NCBI GenBank assembly: GCA_005808475.1
Contig: SYLY01000099.1
Location: forward strand, 1 to 61,937
DNA: 61,937 nucleotides
Direction: 5' to 3'
DNA from: Acidobacteriota bacterium
GTDB taxonomy: Bacteria > Acidobacteriota > Terriglobia > Bryobacterales > Bryobacteraceae
Part shown: positions 41,710 to 51,526 of the stretch, in pieces
Layout: the number at the start of each line of letters is the position of its first letter
Position numbering within the stretch: position 1 is the stretch's first letter
Translations under genes and position numbers: made by a program
The notes under the pieces: model-generated
What the model was told of the DNA's origin: nothing
The model's database searches: none
The model's input: only the letters and a program-made list of their open reading frames with translations

Positions 41710-42948
41710 GTGACCCAGGAACTGCTTTCCGTCATCCGCGATTTTGTCGGCCGTTCCGTCGCGCCGGTGCTGATCGAACCGGGCGAGGAGCCGGTTCCGC
41801 TCACCGAGGGGAGCTTCTCGATCGAGCCCGCCGGTACGCGGATTCTGATACAAGCGTGGAACGAATCGAAGACGCTGACGCGCCGTGTGACGGCGGTCAC
41901 GCGCGCCGGGCATGGCAGGCTGGAACTGGCCGCCGAGCGGTTCGGCAAGACGGCGGCGCCGCTGATCATCGTGGACGAGGCTCGACCTGGCCGCGAGACC
42001 ACGGGACGAAAGGCGGCGCGGGCGGTGCTGCGGGAGCAGTTCCGCAGGTGGCTGGCGCGGCAGTTCCCCGGATGGCGCATCGGCGACGTCACGGTCGAGA
42101 TGGACCTCGAGCACACACTGTCACCTGTCTACCCGCGCGCTTTGGCGCGGCGCGGCGGAAGCGGGTGGGCGGCAATGGCGTCGCCGCCGGGCCCCGCCGC
42201 GGCGGATGGACTGCTCACGGCTGCCTTGATCTGGCTCGACTACCTGCGCCATCGCGAGCATCGAACCTCGATCGAGGGTCTGGCGCTGTTCGTGCCCGCC
42301 GGCGAGGACCGAACCACGTGCCTGCGGCTCCGTTGGCTGGATCCCCATGCCACCCGTGTCGCCGTCTTCACCTACGACGAGCAGGGCTGGGAAGAGCAGA
42401 TCGACCCCGCGCAACACGGCAACCTCGACACGCGCGTCGATCCGCCAGGAGCCTTGCCCGATCCTCCCCGCGATCCCACGCTGCCCGAGGCGATTCTCGA
42501 GCGGCAGGTGCGGCGCAATCTCGCCACGATCGACGCGCACCTTTGTCCGGCGCCGGTGTATGGGCAGGTTCCGGCGTTGGCGGGAGTGGAGCGCGGCATC
42601 ATGGACCTGCTGGCGATCGACCGCGGCGGGCGGCTGGCAGTGATCGAGTTGAAGGTGACGCCCGAGCCGCGGCTGCCCATCCAGGCGCTCGACTACTGGA
42701 TGCGCGTGCGGTGGCATCAGCGCGCAGGGGACTTCGAACGCATGGGCTATTTCGCCGGCAAAGCGATCTCGGCCGATCCGCCGCGGCTTCTGCTGGTAGC
42801 CCCGGCGCTCGAGTTTCACCCGACGACCGAAACCATCCTGCGGTATTTCGCATCTGCTATACCGGTGGAGCGTGTGGGGCTAGCGGTAGAATGGCGTAGG
42901 GAACCGCGAGTGCTGTTCCGCCGGCGGGGCGCGATGCCGCCGCATTGA
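41710..42948 (+). CDS. hypothetical protein with C-terminal PD-(D/E)xK nuclease-like domain
   Basis: C-terminal ERGIMDLLAIDRGGRLAVIELK is a textbook PD-(D/E)xK core (D...E-L-K). The N-terminal 280 aa is unknown. Confidence 0.55.
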   Translation: MTQELLSVIRDFVGRSVAPVLIEPGEEPVPLTEGSFSIEPAGTRILIQAWNESKTLTRRVTAVTRAGHGRLELAAERFGKTAAPLIIVDEARPGRETTGRKAARAVLREQFRRWLARQFPGWRIGDVTVEMDLEHTLSPVYPRALARRGGSGWAAMASPPGPAAADGLLTAALIWLDYLRHREHRTSIEGLALFVPAGEDRTTCLRLRWLDPHATRVAVFTYDEQGWEEQIDPAQHGNLDTRVDPPGALPDPPRDPTLPEAILERQVRRNLATIDAHLCPAPVYGQVPALAGVERGIMDLLAIDRGGRLAVIELKVTPEPRLPIQALDYWMRVRWHQRAGDFERMGYFAGKAISADPPRLLLVAPALEFHPTTETILRYFASAIPVERVGLAVEWRREPRVLFRRRGAMPPH

Positions 42949-42952
42949 TCGG

Positions 42953-43837
42953 TTGAGGAGAACGGCGAAAGGCGCGATGGCTCTTGCGATTTTCAAACAA
43001 GTCCGGCAGGCGATCGAACAACTGAATCCAGCGGAGGTGCGCGAGCAGGCCGCGCGGCGCGTGGACATCCGGTTGACCGCGTCCGGCGGCGAGGGTTACA
43101 CGCAGATCGAGGATTTCCTGGTTCCGCGCCGGATGTCGAAGGACCGGCGCCAGGAGGCTCTGAACACGGTGTTCCGGGCCGACGACGCGGATGCGCCCCG
43201 CGAGTTCGACCTCGACATCGTCGAGGAGGGAATGCATCGGCCCCGCGGGTCTTACGTCTTCCGGCCGGACAAGCCGGGGCGGCTGGCCGCCGACATATTG
43301 GAGGCGCGCCCGGAGCTGTCGTTGCCGCTCGCGCGGCTGTTCGGACCGTTCCTCGGGCCGGTCTCGGAGGCGATCGTCTACAAGGTTTCCAAGGAAAACG
43401 CGCTGTTTTCGATCGCCACCGCGCTGCCCGACATAGCGCCCGGCTTCGCGATTCCGTGGGCGATCCCGGAGGCCATGTCGGACACGGCGGTGCTCTCGGT
43501 GAATCAGGTGCGGATGGCGTTCCTGCTGGCGGCGGCGAGCGGCCGGCCGGTGGGATACCGGGAGCAGAAGACCGAGGTCGCCTCGATCATTGCCGGGGCG
43601 CTCGGCTGGCGCGCGCTGGCGCGGCAACTGATCGGCAAGATCCCGATGGGGGGCGGCGTGATTCCCAAGGCTGGGATCGCGTTCGCGGCGACCTACGTCG
43701 AAGGCCGTTCGCTCGAGCGCCTGTACCGGGTGGGTTACGGCTTCACCGAGGACGAGCGCAAGGACGCCTATCGCGACGCGCTCGATCAAGGCAAGCAGGT
43801 GGCGCGGGCGCTCTACGATAGGGTGAAGCGGAAGTAA
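42953..43837 (+). CDS. hypothetical protein
   Basis: 294 aa, 4 bp downstream of the previous gene. Gly/Ala-rich amphipathic segments. No family recognised. Confidence 0.45.
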   Translation: MRRTAKGAMALAIFKQVRQAIEQLNPAEVREQAARRVDIRLTASGGEGYTQIEDFLVPRRMSKDRRQEALNTVFRADDADAPREFDLDIVEEGMHRPRGSYVFRPDKPGRLAADILEARPELSLPLARLFGPFLGPVSEAIVYKVSKENALFSIATALPDIAPGFAIPWAIPEAMSDTAVLSVNQVRMAFLLAAASGRPVGYREQKTEVASIIAGALGWRALARQLIGKIPMGGGVIPKAGIAFAATYVEGRSLERLYRVGYGFTEDERKDAYRDALDQGKQVARALYDRVKRK

Positions 43838-45088
43838 TCAGCCACCGGCGGCGAGATCGAGCAGCCGCTCCGGCCGGGGTGCGTTCGCCAACCGCCGCAG
43901 GCGCTCGCGGCGGTTGCGCAGTTCGGGCGTATCGGCGTGCGCCAGCGCGGCCTCGGTGAACTCGAGCGCCATGGCGAAGCTCTTTTCGCGGTGCTCGTAG
44001 TGCTTGGCGAGTTCGGTGAGGGCGTCCACGCGGTGGGCGTTGCGGCATTGGGCCAGGTCCGCCCACAGCGCCGCCGCCGCGTCGTGCCGCTTCAGCTTCT
44101 TCTCGACCTCGGCCAAATCCCACATGGACCGGAACATCAGATCGTCGGGCAGCGGACGTTCGAGACCCTTGCGGAACAGTCCGCACGCCTGATCCAGCCG
44201 GCCCGATCCGCGCAGCCAACGCGCCAGCGACACCATCTCCGCGCCGTGCGGCAGATCGCAGGCGGTGGGATCGCGAAAGGCCCAGGGCACGATTCCGGTC
44301 AGGCACGCCAGCGTCACGATATCGAGCGCGTTGTGCAGGAACACCGGGGCCAGGCGGGCGGCGCGGCCGGTTCGCACATAATCGAAGTAGATGGTGGGGA
44401 TGAGCATCCCGGGGACGTCGTCCAGTCGCTCATGGCCGAGGATGCGGGACTCCAGCTCCACCAGGCGGCAGCTTTCAAAGCGCAGGCGCCAGAGGCGGCG
44501 GGCGCCGTAAAGCAGGTCGAGGTGAGCCATCGAGGAGAACGGCGGTTTGCGGCGCGACATGCGGTAGCGGGTTTCGAGCAGAGGCACGTCGAACGATTTG
44601 CCATTGTAGGTGACCAGCACCTGCACGTCTGCGAGCGATTCCGAGAGAGCGTGCAGTTGGCTGGATTCTTCGCCGTAGTCGCGCATGAAGAACTGGCGGA
44701 CTTGGAATCCGTCCGGGGTGATGCGGCCGACGCCCACCAGGAAGGCGCAGGTGCCGGATCCACCCGCGAGGCCGGTGGTTTCGGTGTCGAGGAAGGCCCA
44801 CGATTCCGGGGGCGCGGCGGCGATTTCGCCTTCGGAGATGCCGTCGAGCAGGTCGTGGGGGAGGTCGAGGAGGGCGCCGATTTCCATCGTGCCGTGGCGT
44901 TTGCGGCGGTCGTAGGAGAGGTTGGATTCGAAGTGGCGTCCGGCGGGGGTGACGACTTCGATGCCGTTGACGTGGTCCTCGATGAGGCAGGGGGGCAGCT
45001 TGGGGCGCTCCGCCATTTCGCGGTCGACGCGGGCGGTGGTGATGGCCACGCGCTGGCGGAGTTCCTGGATCTGCTCGTCGATGGTCAC
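43838..45088 (-). CDS. RNase H-like 3'-5' exonuclease domain protein (YprB-like) with C-terminal TPR-like region
   Basis: DEDD-type motif FLDTETTGL. C-terminal helical repeats. 416 aa. Confidence 0.65.
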   Translation of the reverse strand: MTIDEQIQELRQRVAITTARVDREMAERPKLPPCLIEDHVNGIEVVTPAGRHFESNLSYDRRKRHGTMEIGALLDLPHDLLDGISEGEIAAAPPESWAFLDTETTGLAGGSGTCAFLVGVGRITPDGFQVRQFFMRDYGEESSQLHALSESLADVQVLVTYNGKSFDVPLLETRYRMSRRKPPFSSMAHLDLLYGARRLWRLRFESCRLVELESRILGHERLDDVPGMLIPTIYFDYVRTGRAARLAPVFLHNALDIVTLACLTGIVPWAFRDPTACDLPHGAEMVSLARWLRGSGRLDQACGLFRKGLERPLPDDLMFRSMWDLAEVEKKLKRHDAAAALWADLAQCRNAHRVDALTELAKHYEHREKSFAMALEFTEAALAHADTPELRNRRERLRRLANAPRPERLLDLAAGG

Positions 45089-45140
45089 GCGTCTTCGCTT
45101 TTTGTTTGCCGGGCTTTCCCGTCAGTGTACCGCGAGACGG

Positions 45141-45455
45141 CTACTTGGGGGTGATGCACACGCCGGGTGGGAACTCGCGGCGGTCCGGGCCGAACGCGGG
45201 GCGGACCTCGACGTACATGTCGAGGTGCTTGCCCTGGTGTACCAAGGGGCGGTCGAAGTCTCCGAAGAACCGGGTGGGATTCACGGGGTTGCCGTCCAAC
45301 TGAGCGGCCCAGAGATAGGGAATGACATCGCGATCCCGGTGCCGGCGGAGCTTTGCGAGGGTGAGATCGTAACCGGGCGCCGCGCGATCGGCCGAGCCGG
45401 CGCCGACAGTGGTACGGATCAGCGCGCCGGAAGCGTCGTGGAGGGGATGAACATT
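45141..45455 (-). pseudogene. orphan coding fragment without a start codon (C-terminal about 105 aa of an unknown protein)
   Basis: The minus-strand frame has GC3 about 85% (genome-like) versus about 68% for the overlapping plus-strand ORF. It begins right after an in-frame TGA and has no ATG/GTG/TTG before residue about 90. Confidence 0.35.
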
Positions 45456-45513
45456 GGCAATTCACCCCCTTGACACGGGATTGAAATAGCGCCATGTTAC
45501 CTTCGGTACACCT

Positions 45514-48500
45514 ATGCTTCCACGCTTCGCGTTCCTATCCTTCGCGGTTTGCGCCTTTGCGCAGTTTGACACGGCGGTCGTGCTCGGTACGGTCAGAGAT
45601 CAATCGTCCAACGTAGTTCCCAGCACGGCGATTAAACTGCTCAATGTCGAGACGGGCATTCAGAGCGCAACATCGACCAACGAGGCCGGCGAGTACCTGT
45701 TTCTCAACGTCAAGATCGGCAAGTATAAAATCACGGCGCAGAAGGTGGGCTTCGCGACGGCGAATGCCGATGATGTCAGCGTCAACGTGAACGCGCGGCA
45801 ACGTTTGGACTTTTCACTGAAAGTCGGCCAAGTCACCGAGTCGCTCAATGTAACCGAGGGCGTTATCGCTGTCGAGTCCGATTCATCGGACCGCGGGCGT
45901 GTTGTTGGGCGCAAGCAGATCGTCGATCTGCCGCTCAACGGCCGCAACTACGCCGATCTCGCGCTGTTGACGACGGGCGTGCGGCCCGATTACGCCAACG
46001 CGAATCCGCCGCGCGAGGGCTCGTTCAATGTGAACGGGCAGCGATCGATCTTCAACAACTTTCTGATGGATGGCATGGACAACAATGCCTACGGTACGTC
46101 GAATCAGGGCTTCAGCAATCAGGTCGTCCAACTCACACCCGATGCCGTCGGCGAATTCAAAGTCGTGACTTCGAATCCGAGCGCCGAATTCGGGCGATCG
46201 TCGGGCGCGATCATCAACGCGACGATGAAGTCGGGCTCCAACGAGTTTCACGGTACGGCGTGGGAATATCTGCGCAACACGGAATTGAACGCGGTCGGGT
46301 TCTTCAAGCCTGCAACCGGCAAGCCGGTGTTTCAACGCAATCAGTTTGGCTTTACGTTGGGCGGGCCGCTCGTCAAGAACAAGGCGTTCTTCTTCTCGAA
46401 CTACGAAGGCTTCCGCGAGCGCCAGAAGTTCACGGAGTTCCGCACCCTGCCGACGATGGCCGATCGCACGGCGACGTTCAACATTCCGGTAACGAATCCG
46501 CTGACGGGCGCTCTGTACCCGGCGAACACGCCGATCCCGGCGACCGCGATCACGCCATTCGCGCGCACGGTGCTGAGCAACTTGCCCGCGCCGAACAACA
46601 ACACCGCGCGCGCGAACAACTTCGTGAATTTGCGCTCGGACAAGAACAACAACGACAAGATGGATCTGAAGCTCGACGGGCAGATCAACTCGCGCATGAC
46701 GGCGTTTGTGCGTGCGTCGCACCGCAAGTCGAACATCTTCCAACAGCCGGAGATTCCGGGGCCGTCGGGCGGCGAAGGCAACGGTTTCCTGCGCGTGCTC
46801 AATCAATCGCTCGCAACGGGCTGGACGAATGCGCTCACGCCGGCTTCGCTGCTCGAGGTGCGGTTCGGCGTATCGCGCACCAACGCCGGCAAGGAGCCGT
46901 TCGGACTGGGCGGGCCGTCGATGCGGTCGCTCCCTGGCATCACGGGGTTAAGCGAAGATCCGCGATTGACAGGTGGATTGACGCGGCAAGGGATCAGCGG
47001 TTTCTCGGATCTCGGCCGGCAGGCGACGAATCCGCAATGGCAGCATCCAACGGTTTGGAATCCGAAGGTCAACTACTCGTTCATCAAGGGCCGGCACTCG
47101 ATGAAGACGGGTTATGAGTATCAGCGCATCCACACCGAGATTCAAGACGTGAATCCGCTGTATGGCAACGATATTTACGCCGGGCAGTTCTCGCGGCCGG
47201 CGGGATCGGCGGCGCCGAGCGCGGCCGATTCGCAAGCTTACAATCTTGCCGACTTCCTGTTCGGCGCACGCAGCGAGTATCAGCTCGTCAACTTCTACAT
47301 CGCCAAGTACCGGCAGGTGATGAACTACTTCTACTTCCAAGACGACTTCAAAATCACCAGCAAACTCGCTCTGAATCTCGGCGCGCGGTATGAGTATGCG
47401 ACGCCGCAGTGGGAAGCGGGCAACGTTCTGTCGAACTTCGACCCGGTGACGAGCAAATTGATCGCAGCGAAGTCCGGCTCGATCGCCGGCCGCGCGCAGA
47501 TCAATCCCGACCGCAACAACTGGGCGCCGCGGTTGGGGTTCGCGTATTCGATGAATCCGAAGACGGTGGTGCGCGGCGGCTATGGCATCTCCTACATTCA
47601 CTTCAATCGCGCAGGCGGCGGCAATATTCTCGGCATTAACGGACCGCAGGTTGTGATCGCGGCGATTGCGCAGCGGCCGACAGATGCGTCGTTCCGGCCG
47701 ACGCAGGCGGGCTATCCGACGGGGCTCACCGATCCTGACAAGTTCAATCCGCTGTTGTCGAATATCTCCTACATTCCGCGCGAGTCGCCGACGGGCTACG
47801 CGCAGAACTGGTCGTTCTCTTTGCAGCGCGAGATTATGCGCAACACGGTGGTCGATATCGGCTATGTCGGCAACAACTCGAACCATCTGGTTGTCTTCGC
47901 CGACTACAACGAAGCGCGGCCGAACCGGCCGGGCGAGAACGCGTCGATTCAAGCGCGTCGTCCGAATCAGGCGTTTAGCGCGATCACGGTGACATTCCCA
48001 GCGGCCCGCGCGAACTACCACGCGCTGCAGGCGCGGTTCGAACGTAAGTTCACGAACGGCTTCAGCTTCCTGAATTCGTTCGTGTTCTCGAAGGCGATCG
48101 ATACGACGGGACAGGCGCTTGAAGCGCAGGGCGGTTCGGGCGGGCGGTCGAGCCCGCAGAGCTTCTACGCGCTGGGCGCGGAGCGCGCTGTGTCGGACTT
48201 CGATCAACGGTTCAACAATACGACGGCGGTGATTTACGAACTGCCGTTCGGTAAGGGCCGAAAGTACGCGAATCTGCCGGTGGCGGCGGACTACTTGCTC
48301 GGCGGCTGGCAGTTGAATTGGATTCACAGCATGTGGAGCGGGCAGCCGGTGAATCTCAGCTACACTCCCGCGGCGAATTTCCAGGTCTCGCAGACGTTGC
48401 CCGATTGGCGCGGCGGCATCAGCTATCGGCCGAATGTGACGGGGGACATCATGGTTCCCAAGAGCCAACGCAATCAGGACAATTGGATCGATGCGTCAAA

Positions 48501-48780
48501 AGTTGTGATTCCGACCGATCCGAGCCAGCCGTTCGGCAACGCCGGGCGAAACATCGCGCGGCGGCCCGGTTTGGCGACGGCCGATATCGGCATTCAGAAA
48601 TCGTTCGCACTGCCGTTCCGCGAGGGTATGGCGCTGCAGTTCCGGGCGGAATCGTTCAATGCGTTCAACCGGACGAACTTTGCGAATCCGCAGATGAACC
48701 GGTCCGGCGCGGGATTCGGGCAGATTCGGTCGACGTTCCCGGCGCGGCAAGTGCAGTTTGCGTTGCGGCTTTCGTTCTAG
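45514..48780 (+). CDS. TonB-dependent receptor with N-terminal CarboxypepD_reg-like domain
   Basis: Signal peptide MLPRFAFLSFAVCAFAQ. CarboxypepD_reg block (TVRDQSSNVVPSTAIKLLNVETG...GEYLFLNVKIGKYKITAQKVGF). 1088 aa ending ...LRLSF. Paralogue of the receptor at 32112. Confidence 0.9.
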   Translation: MLPRFAFLSFAVCAFAQFDTAVVLGTVRDQSSNVVPSTAIKLLNVETGIQSATSTNEAGEYLFLNVKIGKYKITAQKVGFATANADDVSVNVNARQRLDFSLKVGQVTESLNVTEGVIAVESDSSDRGRVVGRKQIVDLPLNGRNYADLALLTTGVRPDYANANPPREGSFNVNGQRSIFNNFLMDGMDNNAYGTSNQGFSNQVVQLTPDAVGEFKVVTSNPSAEFGRSSGAIINATMKSGSNEFHGTAWEYLRNTELNAVGFFKPATGKPVFQRNQFGFTLGGPLVKNKAFFFSNYEGFRERQKFTEFRTLPTMADRTATFNIPVTNPLTGALYPANTPIPATAITPFARTVLSNLPAPNNNTARANNFVNLRSDKNNNDKMDLKLDGQINSRMTAFVRASHRKSNIFQQPEIPGPSGGEGNGFLRVLNQSLATGWTNALTPASLLEVRFGVSRTNAGKEPFGLGGPSMRSLPGITGLSEDPRLTGGLTRQGISGFSDLGRQATNPQWQHPTVWNPKVNYSFIKGRHSMKTGYEYQRIHTEIQDVNPLYGNDIYAGQFSRPAGSAAPSAADSQAYNLADFLFGARSEYQLVNFYIAKYRQVMNYFYFQDDFKITSKLALNLGARYEYATPQWEAGNVLSNFDPVTSKLIAAKSGSIAGRAQINPDRNNWAPRLGFAYSMNPKTVVRGGYGISYIHFNRAGGGNILGINGPQVVIAAIAQRPTDASFRPTQAGYPTGLTDPDKFNPLLSNISYIPRESPTGYAQNWSFSLQREIMRNTVVDIGYVGNNSNHLVVFADYNEARPNRPGENASIQARRPNQAFSAITVTFPAARANYHALQARFERKFTNGFSFLNSFVFSKAIDTTGQALEAQGGSGGRSSPQSFYALGAERAVSDFDQRFNNTTAVIYELPFGKGRKYANLPVAADYLLGGWQLNWIHSMWSGQPVNLSYTPAANFQVSQTLPDWRGGISYRPNVTGDIMVPKSQRNQDNWIDASKVVIPTDPSQPFGNAGRNIARRPGLATADIGIQKSFALPFREGMALQFRAESFNAFNRTNFANPQMNRSGAGFGQIRSTFPARQVQFALRLSF

Positions 48781-48796
48781 CGTTTTTCGCCGGCGG

Positions 48797-48838
48797 CAAG
48801 AAGCGTCTCGAAATGAGGCGCTTCTTCCTCTTCACAAC
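48797..48838 (+). terminator. rho-independent terminator after the TonB receptor gene
   Basis: AAGAAGCGTCTC-gaaat-GAGGCGCTTCTT hairpin followed by a T-rich CCTCTTC tract. Confidence 0.55.
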
Positions 48839-49094
48839 AGATTCGGGCTCAGACCGCCAGCGCAAGCGGCGGCCTGCACAGAATCGGCGACTGCGCATAA
48901 TTACGGCCAAGCGCAACATTGGACCAGGCGTTTCGCGACGGCCGCGTCCTTCCGCGAGTAGCTGATGAACCAATAAGGTCCAGCGTCAGCCGGCGGGATA
49001 ACGATTGGGGTCATTGCGAGTCTAGCAATGAGATTCTACTATATGACCGCGATCGCCGCTACGCAGTTATTCGACGCCAAGCATCGGCTACGAG

Positions 49095-49275
49095 AGTTCT
49101 TCCCGCGCCTCGGTTCGTCGAGTTCGAACATGTAGATGTCCTCGGGCTTGGCTCCGGGCTTCAGCAGCGCGATCTCCTTGATTGGTGGTCGTCGATCGAT
49201 TCCAGTTCTCGCGCGTTGAGCCCGTAGACGTCCTTGCTATGGCGCAGCCACTTGGCGGCACGCCAAAGCGGCGCG
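49095..49275 (-). pseudogene. degenerate partial duplicate of the beta-carbonic anhydrase 3' end
   Basis: Minus-strand translation AAKWLRHSKDVYGLNARELESIDDH.. then (frameshift) ..IKEIALLKPGAKPEDIYMFELDEPRRGK. These parallel [25 protein letters not shown]...[26 protein letters not shown] of the intact gene immediately upstream. Confidence 0.6.
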
Positions 49276-49313
49276 GCGCGCCGCCGGATCGTCTCATAAA
49301 CAATGTTGACGGA

Positions 49314-49955
49314 TCAGCGCTTGTCGCCGTAGTCGAAACGATAGATGTCGGCGACACTGGATCCCGGCGGCATGGAGGCGATCTCCTTCAAGTAGCCGCT
49401 GGTCAAGTCGTAGACCCAGCCGTGCAAGGTAGGCGCGCCCTCCTTATGCCAGGCCCGTTGCACAACCGACGTCTGGGCCAGGTTCTGTACCTGCTCATAG
49501 ACGTTGAGCTCCACGAGCCGGTCCCAGCGTGCCATGGGGTCGGCGATGGCCTCGATCTCGCGCTGATACAAACGGTAGACATCCTTGATATGCCGCAGCC
49601 ATTTATTGATCAGGCCCAGATCCTGCCGGTTCATCGCGTTCTTCACGCCGCCACAGCGGTAGTGCCCGCACACGATGATGTGCTTGACCTTCAACACCTC
49701 CACCGCGTATTGCAGCACGCTGAGCACGTTGAAATCGGTGTGCACCACCAGATTTGCGATATTGCGATGCACGAACAGCTCGCCCGGTTCCGCCCCGGTC
49801 ACATCCTCGGCCGGCACCCGCGAATCGGAGCACCCGATCCAGAGGAACTCCGGCGTCTGCGTCTCCGTGCGGCTGACAAAATAATCCGGCCGGATCTTGA
49901 GTTTTTCCTCAACCCAGCTCTTATTGGCCAATAGCAGCTTCTTGTGTGGTTCCAT
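49314..49955 (-). CDS. can: beta-class carbonic anhydrase
   Basis: Zinc ligands in CSDSRV...HxxCGG ([10 protein letters not shown]; [10 protein letters not shown]). Start taken at [14 protein letters not shown]. Confidence 0.9.
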   Translation of the reverse strand: MEPHKKLLLANKSWVEEKLKIRPDYFVSRTETQTPEFLWIGCSDSRVPAEDVTGAEPGELFVHRNIANLVVHTDFNVLSVLQYAVEVLKVKHIIVCGHYRCGGVKNAMNRQDLGLINKWLRHIKDVYRLYQREIEAIADPMARWDRLVELNVYEQVQNLAQTSVVQRAWHKEGAPTLHGWVYDLTSGYLKEIASMPPGSSVADIYRFDYGDKR

Positions 49956-49975
49956 GACGCTCTCTCCGTCCGCCG

Positions 49976-51526
49976 CTAGGGGGCGATCTCCCAATGTCTC
50001 AACTCCACGTGGATGTCGCGGAGCTGGGCCAACTTGCGGAAGTCCTCCACTACTTCCATGATGTCGTGGTCGATGTACAACGCCCGCGTGCCGTCGATAA
50101 TGACGTGCGAGTGCTTCGGCAATCGACGCAGCTTGCTTCGCAGTTCGCTTTTGTTGAGGAAGCTGGCGTCCTTGTTGAAACGCATCATGTAGTCTTTTCC
50201 ATCGCTCACCACGGTGATGGCGTCATGATGGTTGGTGCGCATCACGAAGAAGGCGCCGAAGGCCAGGCCGATCAGGACGCCGATCAGTAAATCGCTGAAG
50301 ACCACCGCCACTACCGTGACGATGAACGGGACAAATTGATCCATTCCCAAGCCGTACATCGAACGGTAGAGCGACAGGGGTGTGAGCTTCAGGCCGATCA
50401 CAATGAGGATGCCAGCCAGGCAAGCCAGTGGCACCAGCTTCAGGACTCCGGGAATCAGCATCACCGCCGCCAGCAACAGCAAGCCCTGCAGGAAGGAGCT
50501 CATCCAGGTGCGTCCTCCGGCATAGACGTTGGCGGATGTCCGCACCACGACCGAGGTCATCGGCAAGCCGCCGATCAAGCCGGAGACCAGATTCCCAACG
50601 CCCTGCGCACACAGTTCGCGATTCGGGGGGGAGATGCGCTTGAATGGGTCCAGCCGGTCGGCCGCTTCCAGGGACAACAAACTCTCGATGCTACCCACCA
50701 GCGCGATGGCGCCGGCAGCCAGCCATACCGTCTTGTTCGTCACGAAGGTGAGATCGGGAAGTGTAAACTGCCGGAAGAACTCTCCCGCATTGGCCGCCAC
50801 GGGCAGGTTCACGAGATGCTCCGGGTCCACCAACTGCCAGCCGTTGCCGGTCACGGCGAACAGTTGGTTCAGGCCGGCGCCCAGCAAGACGGCCGGCAGC
50901 GGCCCCGGCAGAATACGAAAGAGGCGTTGGCGGGAAGCCATCCAGTCCCAGGCGAACAGCAGCGCCAAGCTGGCCAGCGAGATGACGATCGCGCCGGGCG
51001 AGGCGCTCATGATGCCATCCGCGATGTCGCTCAACGTGTTGCTGCCCCCCGCTTCGAGGAAGCTGAAATCTCCCTCGTAGTCCTGGTCGCGGCCCAGTGC
51101 ATGGGGAATCTGCTTGAGGATGATAACGATGCCTATCCCGGCGAGCATGCCCTTGATCACGGAGTTGGGTACATAGTCGGCGATCGCGCCCAGTTTCACC
51201 GCGCCGAACGCAAATTGGATCAACCCCGACAACACCACGGCCGTCAGAAAACCCGGATACGACCCGATATCCCGGATGGCGCCGGCCGCGATGATGGCCA
51301 ACCCGGCGGCTGGTCCGCTCACGCTCACCTGCGAGCCCGACAGTAGGCTGACTACTAACCCGCCTACGATGCCGGCGATAATGCCCGCGAACAGCGGCGC
51401 GCCGGAAGCCAGCGCGATTCCCAGGCAGAGCGGGAGCGCCACGAGAAAGACAGCGACGCCGGCCGGTCCGTCGTGCCCCAAGTTCGCCCGTACCGCATCG
51501 GAAGCGGGGCGGCTTTCAACCGACAT
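49976..51526 (-). CDS. SulP family inorganic anion (bicarbonate/sulfate) transporter with STAS domain
   Basis: SulP N-terminal motif [17 protein letters not shown], multi-TM, C-terminal STAS. Lies 20 bp upstream of can on the same strand. Confidence 0.9.
   Translation of the reverse strand: MSVESRPASDAVRANLGHDGPAGVAVFLVALPLCLGIALASGAPLFAGIIAGIVGGLVVSLLSGSQVSVSGPAAGLAIIAAGAIRDIGSYPGFLTAVVLSGLIQFAFGAVKLGAIADYVPNSVIKGMLAGIGIVIILKQIPHALGRDQDYEGDFSFLEAGGSNTLSDIADGIMSASPGAIVISLASLALLFAWDWMASRQRLFRILPGPLPAVLLGAGLNQLFAVTGNGWQLVDPEHLVNLPVAANAGEFFRQFTLPDLTFVTNKTVWLAAGAIALVGSIESLLSLEAADRLDPFKRISPPNRELCAQGVGNLVSGLIGGLPMTSVVVRTSANVYAGGRTWMSSFLQGLLLLAAVMLIPGVLKLVPLACLAGILIVIGLKLTPLSLYRSMYGLGMDQFVPFIVTVVAVVFSDLLIGVLIGLAFGAFFVMRTNHHDAITVVSDGKDYMMRFNKDASFLNKSELRSKLRRLPKHSHVIIDGTRALYIDHDIMEVVEDFRKLAQLRDIHVELRHWEIAP

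Noticed and set aside
44922-45473. 183-aa plus-strand ORF between the RNase H-like gene and the TonB receptor
   Set aside because: Its 5' half is antisense to the RNase H-like gene. GC3 (about 68%) is lower than the overlapping minus-strand frame (about 85%), so the minus-strand fragment is the likelier (pseudo)coding strand.
32112-48780. The two TonB-dependent receptors as a recent duplication or repeat
   Set aside because: They share domain architecture but clearly diverged sequences, so they are paralogues rather than a repeat element.
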